Source: Eremomyces bilateralis CBS 781.70
Lineage: Eukaryota
Reading direction: 5' to 3' (one strand)
Assembly: GCA_010015585.1 (NCBI GenBank)
Contig: ML975186.1
Length of the DNA: 64,000 nt
Shown here one piece after another: positions 43,346-55,659 of the stretch. The stretch's first letter is position 1; every line of letters starts with the position of its first letter. Position numbers and translations under genes: made by a program. Under the pieces are notes generated by a model. The model ran no database searches, was not told where the DNA came from, and saw only the letters and a list, made by a program, of their open reading frames with translations.

Positions 43346-46029
43346 ATGGTTACATTCGAAAAGAGTTTCATCGGTGCTGGCGGCAATCGACACCCAGCAG
43401 CATCAGACTGGCACCAAGATTCGGGCTTACTTGCCTTTGGCTCAGGGAGAAATGTCGCCCTATGGTATCCAAAGGTACGACTGGAGGAGTGAACGCTCGA
43501 TTGCCGTAAACAGACCTTTCAACAAGATTGGGTTTTCGATGTTGAATCGATTTGCTAAGCTTAAGACATGCATTCCTCGGTGACGCTGGGACGAAGGGCG
43601 GTCTCATTACTTCCGACCTAGTAGCATGGACAGCTTGGTTTTGTTTGGAATGGATCATGCAGATATATTATTCCCCCGTCGAACTAGAGCTAACAGTTGA
43701 TCCATAGGATGAGAAGGCCCACGGCATCACGCAACTCTTGGTTGGCCATCAAGACGATGTGAATGTCGTTAAATTTTTCCCCGGAAGTTTTGGCAGGCGA
43801 CCAGTCATTATAAGCGGCTCCGTGGATAAGACCATACGGATATGGTGTCCGGAGTCTAAAGAATTTCATGAAAGCCCACATTTCGTGCAAGTGGACAAGA
43901 TCGAGAGCCACAGTGCTTCTGTCAATGCCATATGCTGTCTAAATGGCACCAATCTCGTTGTTTCTGGGTCCTCAGATGGCGAACTCAAAATCTGGAGCCT
44001 GGATATTTCCGAAAAGAATGTGGCTAGCCATAAGTGGAAGGAAAATATCTCACTTTGCAGGCCCAAGTTCATTCCTCTCGCTATTGCCGCAATACGCCTT
44101 AGCCCTAGCATCGACCTTATTGCGGTGGCAGGAACATTCAACAAGGTGTTGATATTCACTAGGCCCAAGGGTCTGGATGGATCGATGGGCATGTTCCGCC
44201 AGGTTGCTTCATTACCAGGTCACGAAGGGTGGATCAGATCACTGGACATTACCCAGGAAACACCGGAAGATGGCTCAGACTTCCTGCTTGCCTCAGCATC
44301 TCAGGATAAATATATCAGGCTTTGGAGGATACATCGAGGCGCAGACCTCCCCGCAGCGGCTGCGACGGACCCATCGTTGGGATCTTTCGGGCTCGCGCTT
44401 TCAAACAAAGCATATCGATTCAATAGCGGTGAAGAGACGCACTCCATCACTTTTGAAGCCCTTCTCGTCGGACACGAAGATTGGATCTACACTGCCCGAT
44501 GGATGAGGTTGAACGCCCACGGATATCGATTGCAGTTGCTCTCCGCCTCGGCAGACAATTCCCTTGCAGTATGGGAAAAGGACGATGTCTCGTTGATCTG
44601 GGTAGTCACATCACGACTGGGCGAAATCAGCGCTCAGAAGGGCTCGACGACTGCCACAGGTAGTACCGGAGGGTTCTGGTCCGGTCTCTGGTTCTATTCC
44701 GGAATCTTGGCGAGTGTCAGCGCGGCGGGGAGCTGGAGAGTGTGGGAATGGGACCCGTCCGTGGGAGATTATCTGCAGCAGATTGGTGTCGGGGGTCACA
44801 CGAAAGAAGTTCGAGGGATATCATGGTCGAAGGACGGCTCCTACCTTCTCTCGACGTCCGCCGATCAAACGACACGACTGTACGCAGAGTGGAAGCGAGA
44901 TGGTAGACGCTCGTGGCACGAGTTTGCGCGCCCTCAAATCCACGGATACGATCTCAATTGCATCGCCTCACTCAACCCTTCTCGGTTCATCTCCGGTGCG
45001 GATGAGAAACTGATGCGAGTTTTCGATGAACCAGCGTCGATTGCAACGCTACTCTCCGGATTATGCGAAATCGCGACGCCTGGTGCCGCTTCTCTGCCGG
45101 AGACGGCCACCATGCCAGTGCTTGGTCTGTCAAACAAGGCGGTGGATGCTGCTGATCCCGACTCCGAGGGAAATACTCAAACTTACAAAAGTGCATTGGA
45201 GGCCCTCACTCACCCGCCACTAGAGGACCAGCTTTCACGGCTAACACTGTTCCCTGAGATCGAGAAGCTCTACGGTCACGGCGCGGAAATCTCCGCGCTC
45301 GCGGCGTCTCAGTCTGGCAATCTGATTGCGTCCGCCTGCCGCGCTTCATCTGAGGAGCACGCGGTGATCCGAATGTATCGAAGCAGTGACTGGAGAGAAG
45401 TGAAGCCGCCGCTGCAGGGTCATAGTCACACTGTCCTTGGCCTCTCGTTTTCCGCTGACGATGAGTTCTTGCTCAGCGTCGGGCGCGACAGGACGTGGAT
45501 TCTGTGGCGGAAAGAGGAAGGGGATGATTACGTGCTATGGGCGAAGAACCCGTCGGCTCACACGAGAATGATCCTGTCATGCGCGTGGGTTCCGCCACGG
45601 TCGACTACAGACTCACGGCGGATTTTCGTGACTGCTGGAAGAGATAAAAAGATCAGAGCATGGGCGATTGAAACGGACGTGAACAAACCCAGTGATGACA
45701 AGACAAATGCGCGCGAGAGGGTGACGCTCTTCGCGACAGTAGATGCCGATGGGCCCATCACAGCCGTATCAGTTGCACCGAGCCCTGTTGATGGATCGTG
45801 GCTCGTCGTGTATGGCAACGAGAATGGGAGACTCAGTGGAGCTCTAATTTCAGTGGACGGATCAGTGTCGCCATGGGATGAGGGACATTCTCCAATTGTC
45901 TCAAGCGGTGAGATTCACGGTTTGGAATGGCGGGTGCCCCTTCAACAGTCGGATGAGAAATTAGGGAACGGAAGGACGTTGGCAGTGGCAGCGGATGACG
46001 GAGTGTTGGTTTATGATATGTGGTTATAA
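43346..46029 (+). CDS. ELP2: Elongator complex subunit 2 (WD40)
   Basis: Exon 1 MVTFEKSFIGAGGNRHPAASDW..; intron 43475-43707; WD40 repeats with LASASQDKYIRLW, FEALLVGHEDWI, WHEFARPQIHGYD, FISGADEKLMRVF, PVLGLSNKAV, LFPEIEKLYGHG. Confidence 0.95.
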
Positions 46030-46546
46030 CGGAGTGCTATCGGTCAGAGAAGGGTTCTGATACGACCTTGGTTAACAAAGGATCTGAAGGAATTCAATGG
46101 CCCCCTTTCGTACCTCCGGGTTCTGGTTTAATTTATGGTACTATACTCCCTTGCTTAGTAGCCGACTTACCTTCGGAAACCATCCATCATGACTCAGTTA
46201 AGTGTGGTTTGGGAATCCAGGAAGCAAGCGGTGACGTTCACAAACTCCATCAAACCAGATTTTCAGAGGGTCCCAACGTGCTTTGTTGATTCTATCTGTG
46301 ATCGCCCTGGTGCGTTAAATTCATCAATCCTGTTTTCATAGCCAAAATCCAAGGTGCCTTTCATATCCCGAATCACGGTGTTCCTTTGATTCCACTGGAA
46401 AAGGGAGTTATATCGCTGACTGATCGAACATACCTGACGCCGACCACCCTTGAACAGCAGGGAGAATGTGGGACCTACCATTACGCCATCGGTCTCCAGA
46501 GTTACTAAAGTGAACCACGTTAACTTCCATAATGACTGGCGTTCTC

Positions 46547-49024
46547 TTATCCCGCTTCGTCGACTAAGCATCCATCCGTCTCGATCAAAAGGTTGCACAA
46601 CGTGTCCTTAGCAATCCGCAACAAATGATATTTATCCATCACAGATGGCATATCCGCCTCTTCCTTGGCCAGGCTACCTGCAACGATAGACTGTGCGGCT
46701 TCTTGATTGGCTGGAATCCAGGCCCATGGAGCAGTCTTACTCGCCGCGCTCACTTCTTCGAATAACGGCCGAACCGTGTTGAGGTACCTCGCTGTAAACC
46801 ATACGTTGGGCGTACATTGGGATAGGAAGTCCACACATGCTTGCGCACTCGACATGTCCGCGTGAAAGCCTTCGGCAGAGCGATGTAGCAGTCGTAGGGT
46901 TGCACAGTGGACGAGAACGGCGCAAGCAACGAATGTTTGATAGCTGTGAGAGATGTTACTGAGGTCACATCGGTTTCCATGGCGTCGAGAGCGCGGTGAT
47001 CAGGCCGGCACTTACACGATGATCCAAAATTGACTTCCCCCAGCAGTACGAGCTTGTTGGAGCAGGACGACCCGCGTCATTTGCTGAGCCGCAGACTCAC
47101 ACTCATCTCGTCCCAGGTATGCCTCGTCGAGGGTGCAGCCTGAGCAGGACCAGTCGCCAGAGCTCTCATATTCGGCAAGAGTATAGAGCAACTGATGATT
47201 GATGCCAATGAGCGTACTGAAATAGAACATGTGCATATTCAAGATCGACCTCCTCTGGATGAGAGAGTACAGTGCTTCGTTTCTATGGTCGAGGGATGCG
47301 AGGTGCACCGAACAAGGCAACTCATTATGCCAGGCAGCCAATCGTTGTTTTCGTGCCCTGAGGGTTGTGCCATAAACATCCGACGAAGAACCAGTAGGTC
47401 CTAGTCCCTCCATTTTCTCCGCGAGAATCAGCCCAATCTTACTAACTTCCTCCTGTAGGATTTGTTCAATGAAACAACTTGACGATGTCCAGTGGCAAGC
47501 GAAGTGTAGATCCGACTCGAGGACATTCGACTTCCGCCCGAGAGCCAGGCCCTGCCAAGTCTCAATGAAGACTGCTGTACGGAAGACGGATCGCCAGTAG
47601 TGTGCTTCGTTGTTCGGGATACTGTTTGGGGTGTTGTGATTGAAGTCTGCTCGGGGGGAAATCTGAAGTCGGCCGATTTGTAAGGCAGTATTTGAGAACT
47701 GTGTGGCGGTGAGGGGGGATTCCATAGTACAGTACAATGAAAGACAGAGGAAGAGCCGCATATGATGCAAATCCGACATGCCCTCACTCTGAGTCAACTG
47801 TTTGAGGCATGAATAGAAAGCCGATTGTCGAAAATGAGCGTCCGTTAGGGAGTAGTCAAAGCAGCTGCCGACAGCAATGATCACAAGCATGTTTATCAGC
47901 AGGAACTTATCCATTGCAGGATTCTTGTAGTCCTGTGCCCAGCTAAGCATGGCGGCAATCTCCTCACGAGCGTATATTGGAAACATGGCTCCAGTGCCAC
48001 CCATGAAAGCTGTAATGACTTGCGATGTCAGGGGTTTCTGGGGAAGATTGACACTATCCAAGTACTCAATACCTTCCGGGGCCATTTCGAGCAATCCCCT
48101 GGCCGCGTCCATTGCGGGAGCAATCGTGAACCTGTAATTCGGATCGAACATATATAACGTCGGTGAAGTCGGTGCGGATATCAAGAACAAGTCGGATCGA
48201 CGTGAAGACTCGTCTCCGGAGCCACTCAGGGGCGACTCTAAGGTGGTATCCAAGATGCCAGGGCCTATTGATTCGGATTCTCCACCACCATCCATGGACG
48301 TATCAAGAGGTTGACGCCCGCCCTTTCTTTGCTCTGTGCTACAGCGCTTTTCCGAGCTTCCTGTCAGGGAGGATTGCTCACTGCAAAAGGCTTTCAGGTA
48401 CTCATGATATCGAGCATATCCCTTCGTTTTCTTGTACTCACCGAGTCGGGCTCGGTATAGAATCATCGCGGCAGCGGCTTTGTCTTCTCGCTCCCCCCTT
48501 CCTTCGCGCCCGAGATCTCGCCACAAGTTTCCAACATACTTTGCCACTTCTACGAATGACAACCCACTGATGTCGTGGGTTGAGCGAATGTGGTCCGAGA
48601 ACTCGACGTAACCAGTTTTCGGCCTGACTGGGGCATTCGGATCTGGTTTAGGGTGGCGACGATATCTCCTTTTGATCGATTTCTGATGGTTAGGACGATC
48701 GGGGTCCACCAGGGGTTTACCCCGCGATTCTAACGATACTCTTCTCTTCGACGAGTCTAGAAGGGCATCGGGCGACGCTGGCTGTGTCTCCGGCACATCT
48801 GGTGGATTGCTGGTGAACTCTCGCTGCAGCTTCCTTCGACGGCTCAACTCCGATTGAAGCCGTTCGAGATCGGTTTCGCCGATTTGAAGTACGGAAGACC
48901 AAGTGTCGAAACCACACTTAGCCAGCACTCCTTCGTATTGAGCAAGATTAGACGAGGCAAGCTTCGCACTCAACTCCGCACACGGTTGGTCCTCCAGGGA
49001 TGGCTCTATGGCAGCTGTGGACAT
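46547..49024 (-). CDS. Putative transcription factor: SAM-like domain + HMG box + fungal TF middle-homology region
   Basis: LAQYEGVLAKCGFDTWSSVLQIGETDLERL..RRKLQ (SAM-like); KRRYRRHPKPDPNAPVRPKTGYVEF..VAKYVGNLWRDL (HMG box); MFPIY..HYWRSVFRTAVFIETWQGLALGRKS (MHR-like). Intron 47015-46944 joins ORF 46547..46855 in frame. Confidence 0.8.
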
Positions 49025-49703
49025 GGTCAGAAAACGGGTAACAGAAGTCGAGGAGGCGAAGGAGGGAAAGGCGAATTATCCAGACGAATTACGTATTAAT
49101 ACTCGGACTGATCTCCTTTTCTCGATTTGGCCAATCAGACCGAAGGGGAGTCCGGAACCAATTCCTGGCCAGTGAGCTTGGGGAACCATCCGGAGATGAT
49201 TCCCCAATTATAGATAGCTGTCCAGGTACAAAATTTGCAAAATAATGCTGCGATGCTGGACAGATAGGGATACAGTTGTCCTACCGTGTGGAAATCCTGG
49301 CACGGTGTGTGCTTGCCCACCTGGTGACGTCACGATGATCCATGGCGGTCTGCATAAAGAACCGAGACGTTACGAATTGCTTAGGCAAGCCAGGTCCAGT
49401 CAGATACGGCTATCGGGACCCTAATGGATGTAATTACGGAAAGCCTGCCGAGGTGGGCACAACCACAGTGCAGACAGTGCGCAGCACCTCCAGACTGGCA
49501 TGCAGTGCTAGGCACGGGGAGGCAGCCACTTGTACGGAGTGTCAGCCAAAATATGACATGGGTATTGATTTTTGAGCAAAAGTCCTGCATCACCCACCCA
49601 CAGTCCACACCCAACTTAACTAGTAAAATACGGTGATTTCACGACGTGAAGCTCTAATTACGTGTATATAGCGATTTCATGATGTTTTACGTGATCTATC
49701 TAC

Positions 49704-50942
49704 CTAATACTTCGTATGCCCACCTTCCACGTCGATCACCGCCTGGATCCTGTGTGGCATAGACTCCACCAGCTTGGTCAAAAGCTCTGGATTCGCGATC
49801 TGATCATACCGTTCGTGCGCCCATTCGACGACCTCCCGTCTCTGGACTCGTGAAGGGCCCGTACGGAGACAGAATTGGCGTGTGAAATCCGCCTTGGCGG
49901 GACTCCAGATATTCTCAGAGTAATTCAGATCCGGCGAAGCAGGCGAATGAGCCACCGTATTGATGCCGTTACGGATCCTCCATTTAGTAGCGAACTTCAT
50001 ATGCCCAGAAGCGTTATCCTCAAGCAAAGCGACCTCCCCATATCGCTCCATCATCTCCACGTAAAAGGGCCAAAGGTGAGGCTCTAGGATCTCCGTAACG
50101 TAGCTCGCGGAGTCCATTTTCACGCCTGGGGGGATCTCAATCAACGGTGTATGGTGCTCGCCGCAGAAGGCGCCCGAAAAGGAGACGCCCTCACGACCAC
50201 TAAAGTGCTCGTCGTGCACGCAATCAGGGTGATACTCCTCTCCAGGGCGACGGAGCACCCGTTCATTTATGACCGCTGGATTAGTATCGATATGGAACTC
50301 GTCGCACGCGATGACACGCTCCCACTCGTTGAATCCCCAATGCCGTTTACCTTGCGCCATCGCGTGCCTGACCTCCTTCGCTCGTGGCGTTAACGCGGGC
50401 TTTTTCTGGGGTCGACAAGATTTGAATCCAAGCTCTTTCGACGCCTGCGCGAACCGCCATTCGGTCCAGCGCCCTGGCGTATCATTTTCCTGGTTCAAAA
50501 GGTCCGCGAGCTGTTCGTAATTCATTCGCTTTGTGTCCCGATTCCTCATAATCAGGGACTCAGCGGAATTGCGCTCCGTTTCGGTGAAATCTGTGGTGGA
50601 GGGCCGCCCAGATCGTTTTCGCTTACACCCTGCGTCTGCTCCGCCGTACTCATAATTAGCACGGATACGGGAGATTGTAGACTGATTGATGCCCAGGGCC
50701 CGTGCAAGATCCCTCTGCGAAATATTGGTTATTTCGGATAAGGTAAGAACCACAGTACGCTGGTAATGCGTAAGATCTCCAGATTGTTCTCCCACTATAT
50801 CCGGAAATTCAGCCCATTTGATAAAGGGGCTGTTCGGGTTGACGTGGAGATGACCAATTGGTTCTTGCGGCATACGCGCAGCCATATTATTCGAGACAAG
50901 CGCTGAGGCGAGTAATTCAATTCGAAAGACTTTTAAATTCAT
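49704..50942 (-). mobile_element. Intact Tc1/IS630-superfamily transposase ORF (DD33E)
   Basis: HTH SQRDLARALGINQSTISRI, RSGRP linker, IACDE (D1), LLEDNASGH (D2), SPDLNYSENIW (E), LVESMPHRIQAVIDVEGGHTKY C-terminus; no stops in 412 codons. Confidence 0.92.
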
Positions 50943-51050
50943 AGAAAACAGTAACTAACTAACTAGTTATCAAGGGTCAGCGCCACGGGTTGTGGCGTGC
51001 CAAGGCGCATGATAACCCAGCCTTTGCGCAACCAACCGCCGAGCCAACCC

Positions 51051-51235
51051 CCACCACCCATTTTAGGCACCACGTACCACCCGTTTTAGGCACTCTTTGC
51101 CGCCTATACGGCCCCCGACCGCTTCTGCCCCGCCACGACGGGCGGCTAACCCAAAATCGGGGATAGGCGGTAACCAAAACGGGTAGTACGGGGTGCCCAA
51201 GGCGGGTGGTTCTGGGTGCCCAAAATGGGTGGTAG
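51051..51235. repeat. GC-rich imperfect inverted repeat (foldback), ~43-bp arms
   Basis: Left arm CCACCACCCATTTTAGGCACCACGTACCACCCGTTTTAGGCAC versus reverse complement of right arm CTACCACCCATTTTGGGCACCCAGAACCACCCGCCTTGGGCAC. Confidence 0.85.
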
Positions 51236-51664
51236 AGTGCCCGCGCCATAGGGAGTCAATCAAAATAAGTCACGTGCTACATGATCATTTCGCAATGGAC
51301 CAATCAGAGTGCAGGATTCGTGACGGGGGGGGCGCTTTGAGCACATCTGGGGGTGGCTTCTTCCAGCATTTCCCTAATTATAAATATAGATTCCAAACCC
51401 TCATATCATACGCTTTTCGTCACACCGTTACATTCATGCATCCAGTCATCCCATTCCATACTCTCCTATGGCAGCTTTTTGAGCCTACCCTTCGTTGGAT
51501 TCGTTACTTCTTCAAATATTCTCTGCTCCCTAACTGCTCCGAACCGCCTCTATAATTCCGCGTAGTGTATAATATACGTCAACTGGGTGTCCTGTTTTGT
51601 CCATCGGACCTTTGATTACAATGGCCTGGTACCTTATCCGTGCGACAAGTATAAGGAAGTGGTT

Positions 51665-53826
51665 TCAAAGAATCGTTAATGCGTTCCATCTCGAGATGAG
51701 ATTCCCTAGCTGACCAGACAACTCATTGTTATTATTCGGACCGCCGGCCAAGCGCCCCCGTACCTCCTGGAACTGCGGCAAGAACAAGCTGAGTGGCACA
51801 TCTTTTACTGTTTCGCCTGGTGCATCAAGATTCTGGAAATATGGTCTTGAAGAGTCCGGGACGTTCTGCTTTAGCGTCCATACCAACGCGTAGATGCCTC
51901 GGAGCATGGTCCCGATGACAGGGAAGGTCGGCAGATTGACAGACAGCATATTACATGCCTGAGTGAATGGCCCGTGGGTTCTTTCGTCATTGAGCCAAGG
52001 TGTGAGATGGAGAGCGGCGTTGTACGGGGCAGAGAAGAAAGCGCAAGCATAGTGCTCCGGCGACCAGATTTTGATACATTTTTCGGCGCCTTCAATGCTA
52101 GAGATGGCATGTATGATGCACAGGTCTTTAATGGTCGAGCCTCCATCAAGGTCTTCGAACCAGGTATTGGAGGGCAATGGTCGTAATATGGACACTGCAA
52201 CTTCGTTGATTTGGGAGCTAATTGGTGTCAGTCTGAAATCCTCGAAACCTCGTCGACTCATGAAACTTACTGCAAGGCCACAGTGTGTGGCGTAACATGC
52301 TCTGTGATTTTGTACATTTTTGGGATGGTGCCCTTCCATTCCATCAGCTTCCTGTACAATTCATTCCGTTTGGAAATATCCTCGTCACTCCCCGAGTCGT
52401 AGTCCCTTGTTTCGTTAAATTTCATGATCTTGAACTGAGATGCGCAGAGATCGTAGGCGGAATCGGCGATTCCTGGTGTTTGTGGAGGCTGTGGCGACTC
52501 TTTTCCGAACTTGTGCCCGAATAGGTCAATGTGGTCTCCAGCTTCGAGACTGCTAGTCTCGAATTTGGATAGTGGTGGTCGTGGAATACCGGGGGGTGGA
52601 AGAATTGGGGGTTGTAAGAATCCATATGAGATCATACTGCCAAAGCATTAATAGTGCACTTCCGGAAGAGAGTTGAGGTAGATACGTACGTGTCAAGAAG
52701 ATGAAGTCCCCACAAGGCTTTTGAGATGATTCTCCGTCCAACCATCTCGGCCTCGGTGTCACCGAGTGATCGGAACCGCTCTTCAAGCTTGAGCCGTTTG
52801 AGCATGTCGAATGCCATGTACCTGTATACTGACCCGAGTCGATCTCTCCCCGTGTACATTGCATACACCAAAAGGACAGCGAGCCCCAGGACGGTAGATA
52901 GACACTCACTTCCATCTTCCATGTCTAGCAGCTTCTTTGCCTCGTCAAAGAATGCCTCTCGGGTATCTTTTCCGGTGATACATTCCGCGAGTTTCGAATG
53001 TGGAGAGGAGAACTGTGAAGGCGAGTGAGTAAAGCAGTTCAAAGCATATGCCAGGAGACATACACTTCTCTCTGCGCATATGGCATTGACTAGCAATGGT
53101 GAGCAGACAATTGCGTTCTGGGGATCGCCTTCTCGCATCTCCTTCAAAAAGGTTTCCTTATCGACGAAAGAGTAAAGCAAGTTGTGATCCCAGCAGAAAA
53201 AGTCGGATATCAAACTGGATACGAGACCATCCTCGGTCACCATCGTCCAAGGGTGAGCCGGCACTTTCAGGTGGCTACTTCGCAACGCGTCGCGCTCCAC
53301 AGTCTCCAACCGCTGCGTTTGTTCATTCGTTTCTGCGCCAACAGAATTTGGCAGCAGGTAATTCGCCTGCTTCACCATATGGAGGACCTTGATCGCATCC
53401 GGGGTGGTCCTGATGCGTTTGAGGATGTCGGATGCATCTCGTTCCGTCTGTTCGCGGAGAGTACGGTAGAGCTCTTGGAACTGTTCCACTTCCAGTTCCA
53501 GCTTGCCATACTTCCGCTTCAGCGAGGAGTAACGACTTGACTCGCCTACTTCAACATCGTAGTGGCATGATATACCGGTCTCAACGCAGCTAGTGCAAGA
53601 TGGCCGATCTCCACTACACTGCGCCTGTTAGCACACTTGCATCGACTCCGAACCAGAGCCAGTCATGGATACTTGCCTTTGCCTTTTTCTGCTGGCAAGT
53701 GCGGCAGGCAACTTTCACAATGCTCCGCCGACGGTTCGATTGTCGGCTCGAATTGGCGGGAGAGGTAGATGTCGCTGTCGGAGTTGCTCCCGTAGCGGGA
53801 GCCAGAGGCCTGAATTGCCGGTCCAT
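51665..53826 (-). CDS. Zn(II)2Cys6 transcription factor with fungal MHR domain
   Basis: MDRQFRPLAP..ACRTCQQKKAK|CSGDRPSCTSCVETGISC after removing a GC-AG intron (53676-53619); then VPAHPWT, CSPLLVNAICA, SKALWG in ORFs 52632..53489, 52267..52635 and 51665..52339, joined by further introns. Confidence 0.9.
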
Positions 53827-55659
53827 GTTCAGTCCAAACCCCCTGTCAACAAGATTCCGGGACACTGCACATGGGCCTGAATTCGGTTTGGTGCCGGTTG
53901 TCGCGATAGGGAGTCCGGGATGAAACGGGAACCGAAATAGGAAGCTGTTAGATGTAGGATATGATAGATCCGTAGAGGCTGATCGTCGACAAATCAGATT
54001 GGATGAGTCGATGGATCAGGAAACAGAAGGTGAACGGAATACGATGCCTCGTCTGGGGAGGAGTATTCATATTATGGTGATCTCGGTAACGTCATGTTGA
54101 TGGAAAACGCGGACCTATGTCCGGGTCTCTCGTCTTCTGTAGTACTGGCCGGTAGGTGTCGGTCATAGGAGGATGGGACGACTGGATGAGTCGACCAGTG
54201 TCCCTCAACAGTCGATCCTGATGGCAAGCTTCAGTCTATCCACTGACGCCTCAGCCGGACTTTTCTCCGACATGGCTCCTGGGTTCTCGATAGCGTCAAC
54301 TTGACGCACGGCTAATGTATGTATCATCGCTGTGGCGTCCGACCGGGTCTGGCTCCGTCACCAGTCATTTTTTGTATATATTTCATCAAGGATGTTCGCC
54401 TCCCTGGCTCTTCTAAGTTCTAAGTAACCCTTATGTCCACGTTCACGTCTTTGTTCAAATTCGATTATCAATCACCGCTGTTTCGTGCCAATGACTTTGC
54501 CGAAAGTCCATCAGAAGTCCAGAACATCCATATATTGGTCCCATGACGACACGACTTCGGCACTTCAGTGTCATGGCGGATTTGTTGATAAGTTCGATTT
54601 TGTTGAGAGAGAGATGAAGTCGCCACCTGGTAGGTATCAGGTTGCGGTAAATCATTCGAAATAGATATGCCAATTGCCAATTTGTGTGTAATCTGATAGC
54701 ACTAAATGCATTCCAACTCCGCTGTCGATTCCCAGCACCAATCAAACCATTGGTCCATTGCAATATTGTCGCAATACTGTAGAGCACGGAGTATGGTACG
54801 CGATTGCTTAACATCCAAAACACTTCATCTACCGTGATCTGGCACACACTGCAAGATCAGATGATGTATGCAAAAAGGTGGGTCACCAATCAGACATTGC
54901 GCTGCTCACAATTGCGGCTAGTATGGTATGCACTAATTAGACCAAAGTTAATGCAGTAACACAGCCTGTGGCTCTATCTATTGGCCACAGATATACCACG
55001 CTTAACCAATATCGGTATAACCTATTTCATCTTCCATACCTTTTCCCTCAAGCTCGGATCTCGCGGTAGCTTATTTAAACTCCATCAGCCACTGCCATAA
55101 CAATTTCAGTGACTCTTTCGTACTCCCTGCTGGGAGCTCAAGAGCCTTAACTCGCTTCAAAATATCGTCTTTGTCTTCGTTCACTATGAGCAGCTACTTC
55201 TCAAGCGCAGTCATGTCTTCACATTATCGCGGTATCCAGCTCCCAAAGGTCCTGTTCGTACCTCCCAAACCTTCTTCGCGAGGGTTGCAGGAATATTATG
55301 CCCAACATTGGTATCCGTAACCTGGATCTATCTCATGGGATCATACGCGCTGGCAACAGCAGTTTCTCGAATAGTTGGGCAAGTTTCCAGCGCCTGTTGT
55401 CTAGCCTAGGACTCGCATACATCCATAGAAGAATTGAGAATGAATAGGTAGCTAAGTCGATAACACCATAATTTGGATGCTACTGATTCGGAGGGGAGCT
55501 ATTGGTTTCTCCCATATATCATACGTTGAATATGGTACTGCATGTCCATCCCGCAGTCACTAGACAGGGATACATCATATTATTCCCACTTTGACGATAG
55601 AGCCATCTGACTGCCAGTCTTTATAAGTGCGTAGCGACTACTCGATGTGGTACCCCTGC

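Noticed and set aside
43475..43707. TPP riboswitch or C/D snoRNA in the ELP2 intron
   Set aside because: No CTGAGA/TGAT aptamer core and no RTGATGA/CTGA boxes.
47012..49024. MAT1-2-1 mating-type HMG gene
   Set aside because: HMG box lacks the MATA-type RPxNAFI motif and its intron, the protein is much larger, and APN2/SLA2 are not adjacent.
54175..54204. Hammerhead-like hairpin GGGACGACTGGATGAGTCGACCAGTGTCCC
   Set aside because: Reads CTGGATGA, not CTGATGA, with no properly placed GAAA; a simple stem-loop only.
54455..55400. ORF 54455..54847 and adjacent sequence (also 60217-60999) as genes
   Set aside because: No recognisable motifs, frequent stops in all frames, no supported splice structure.
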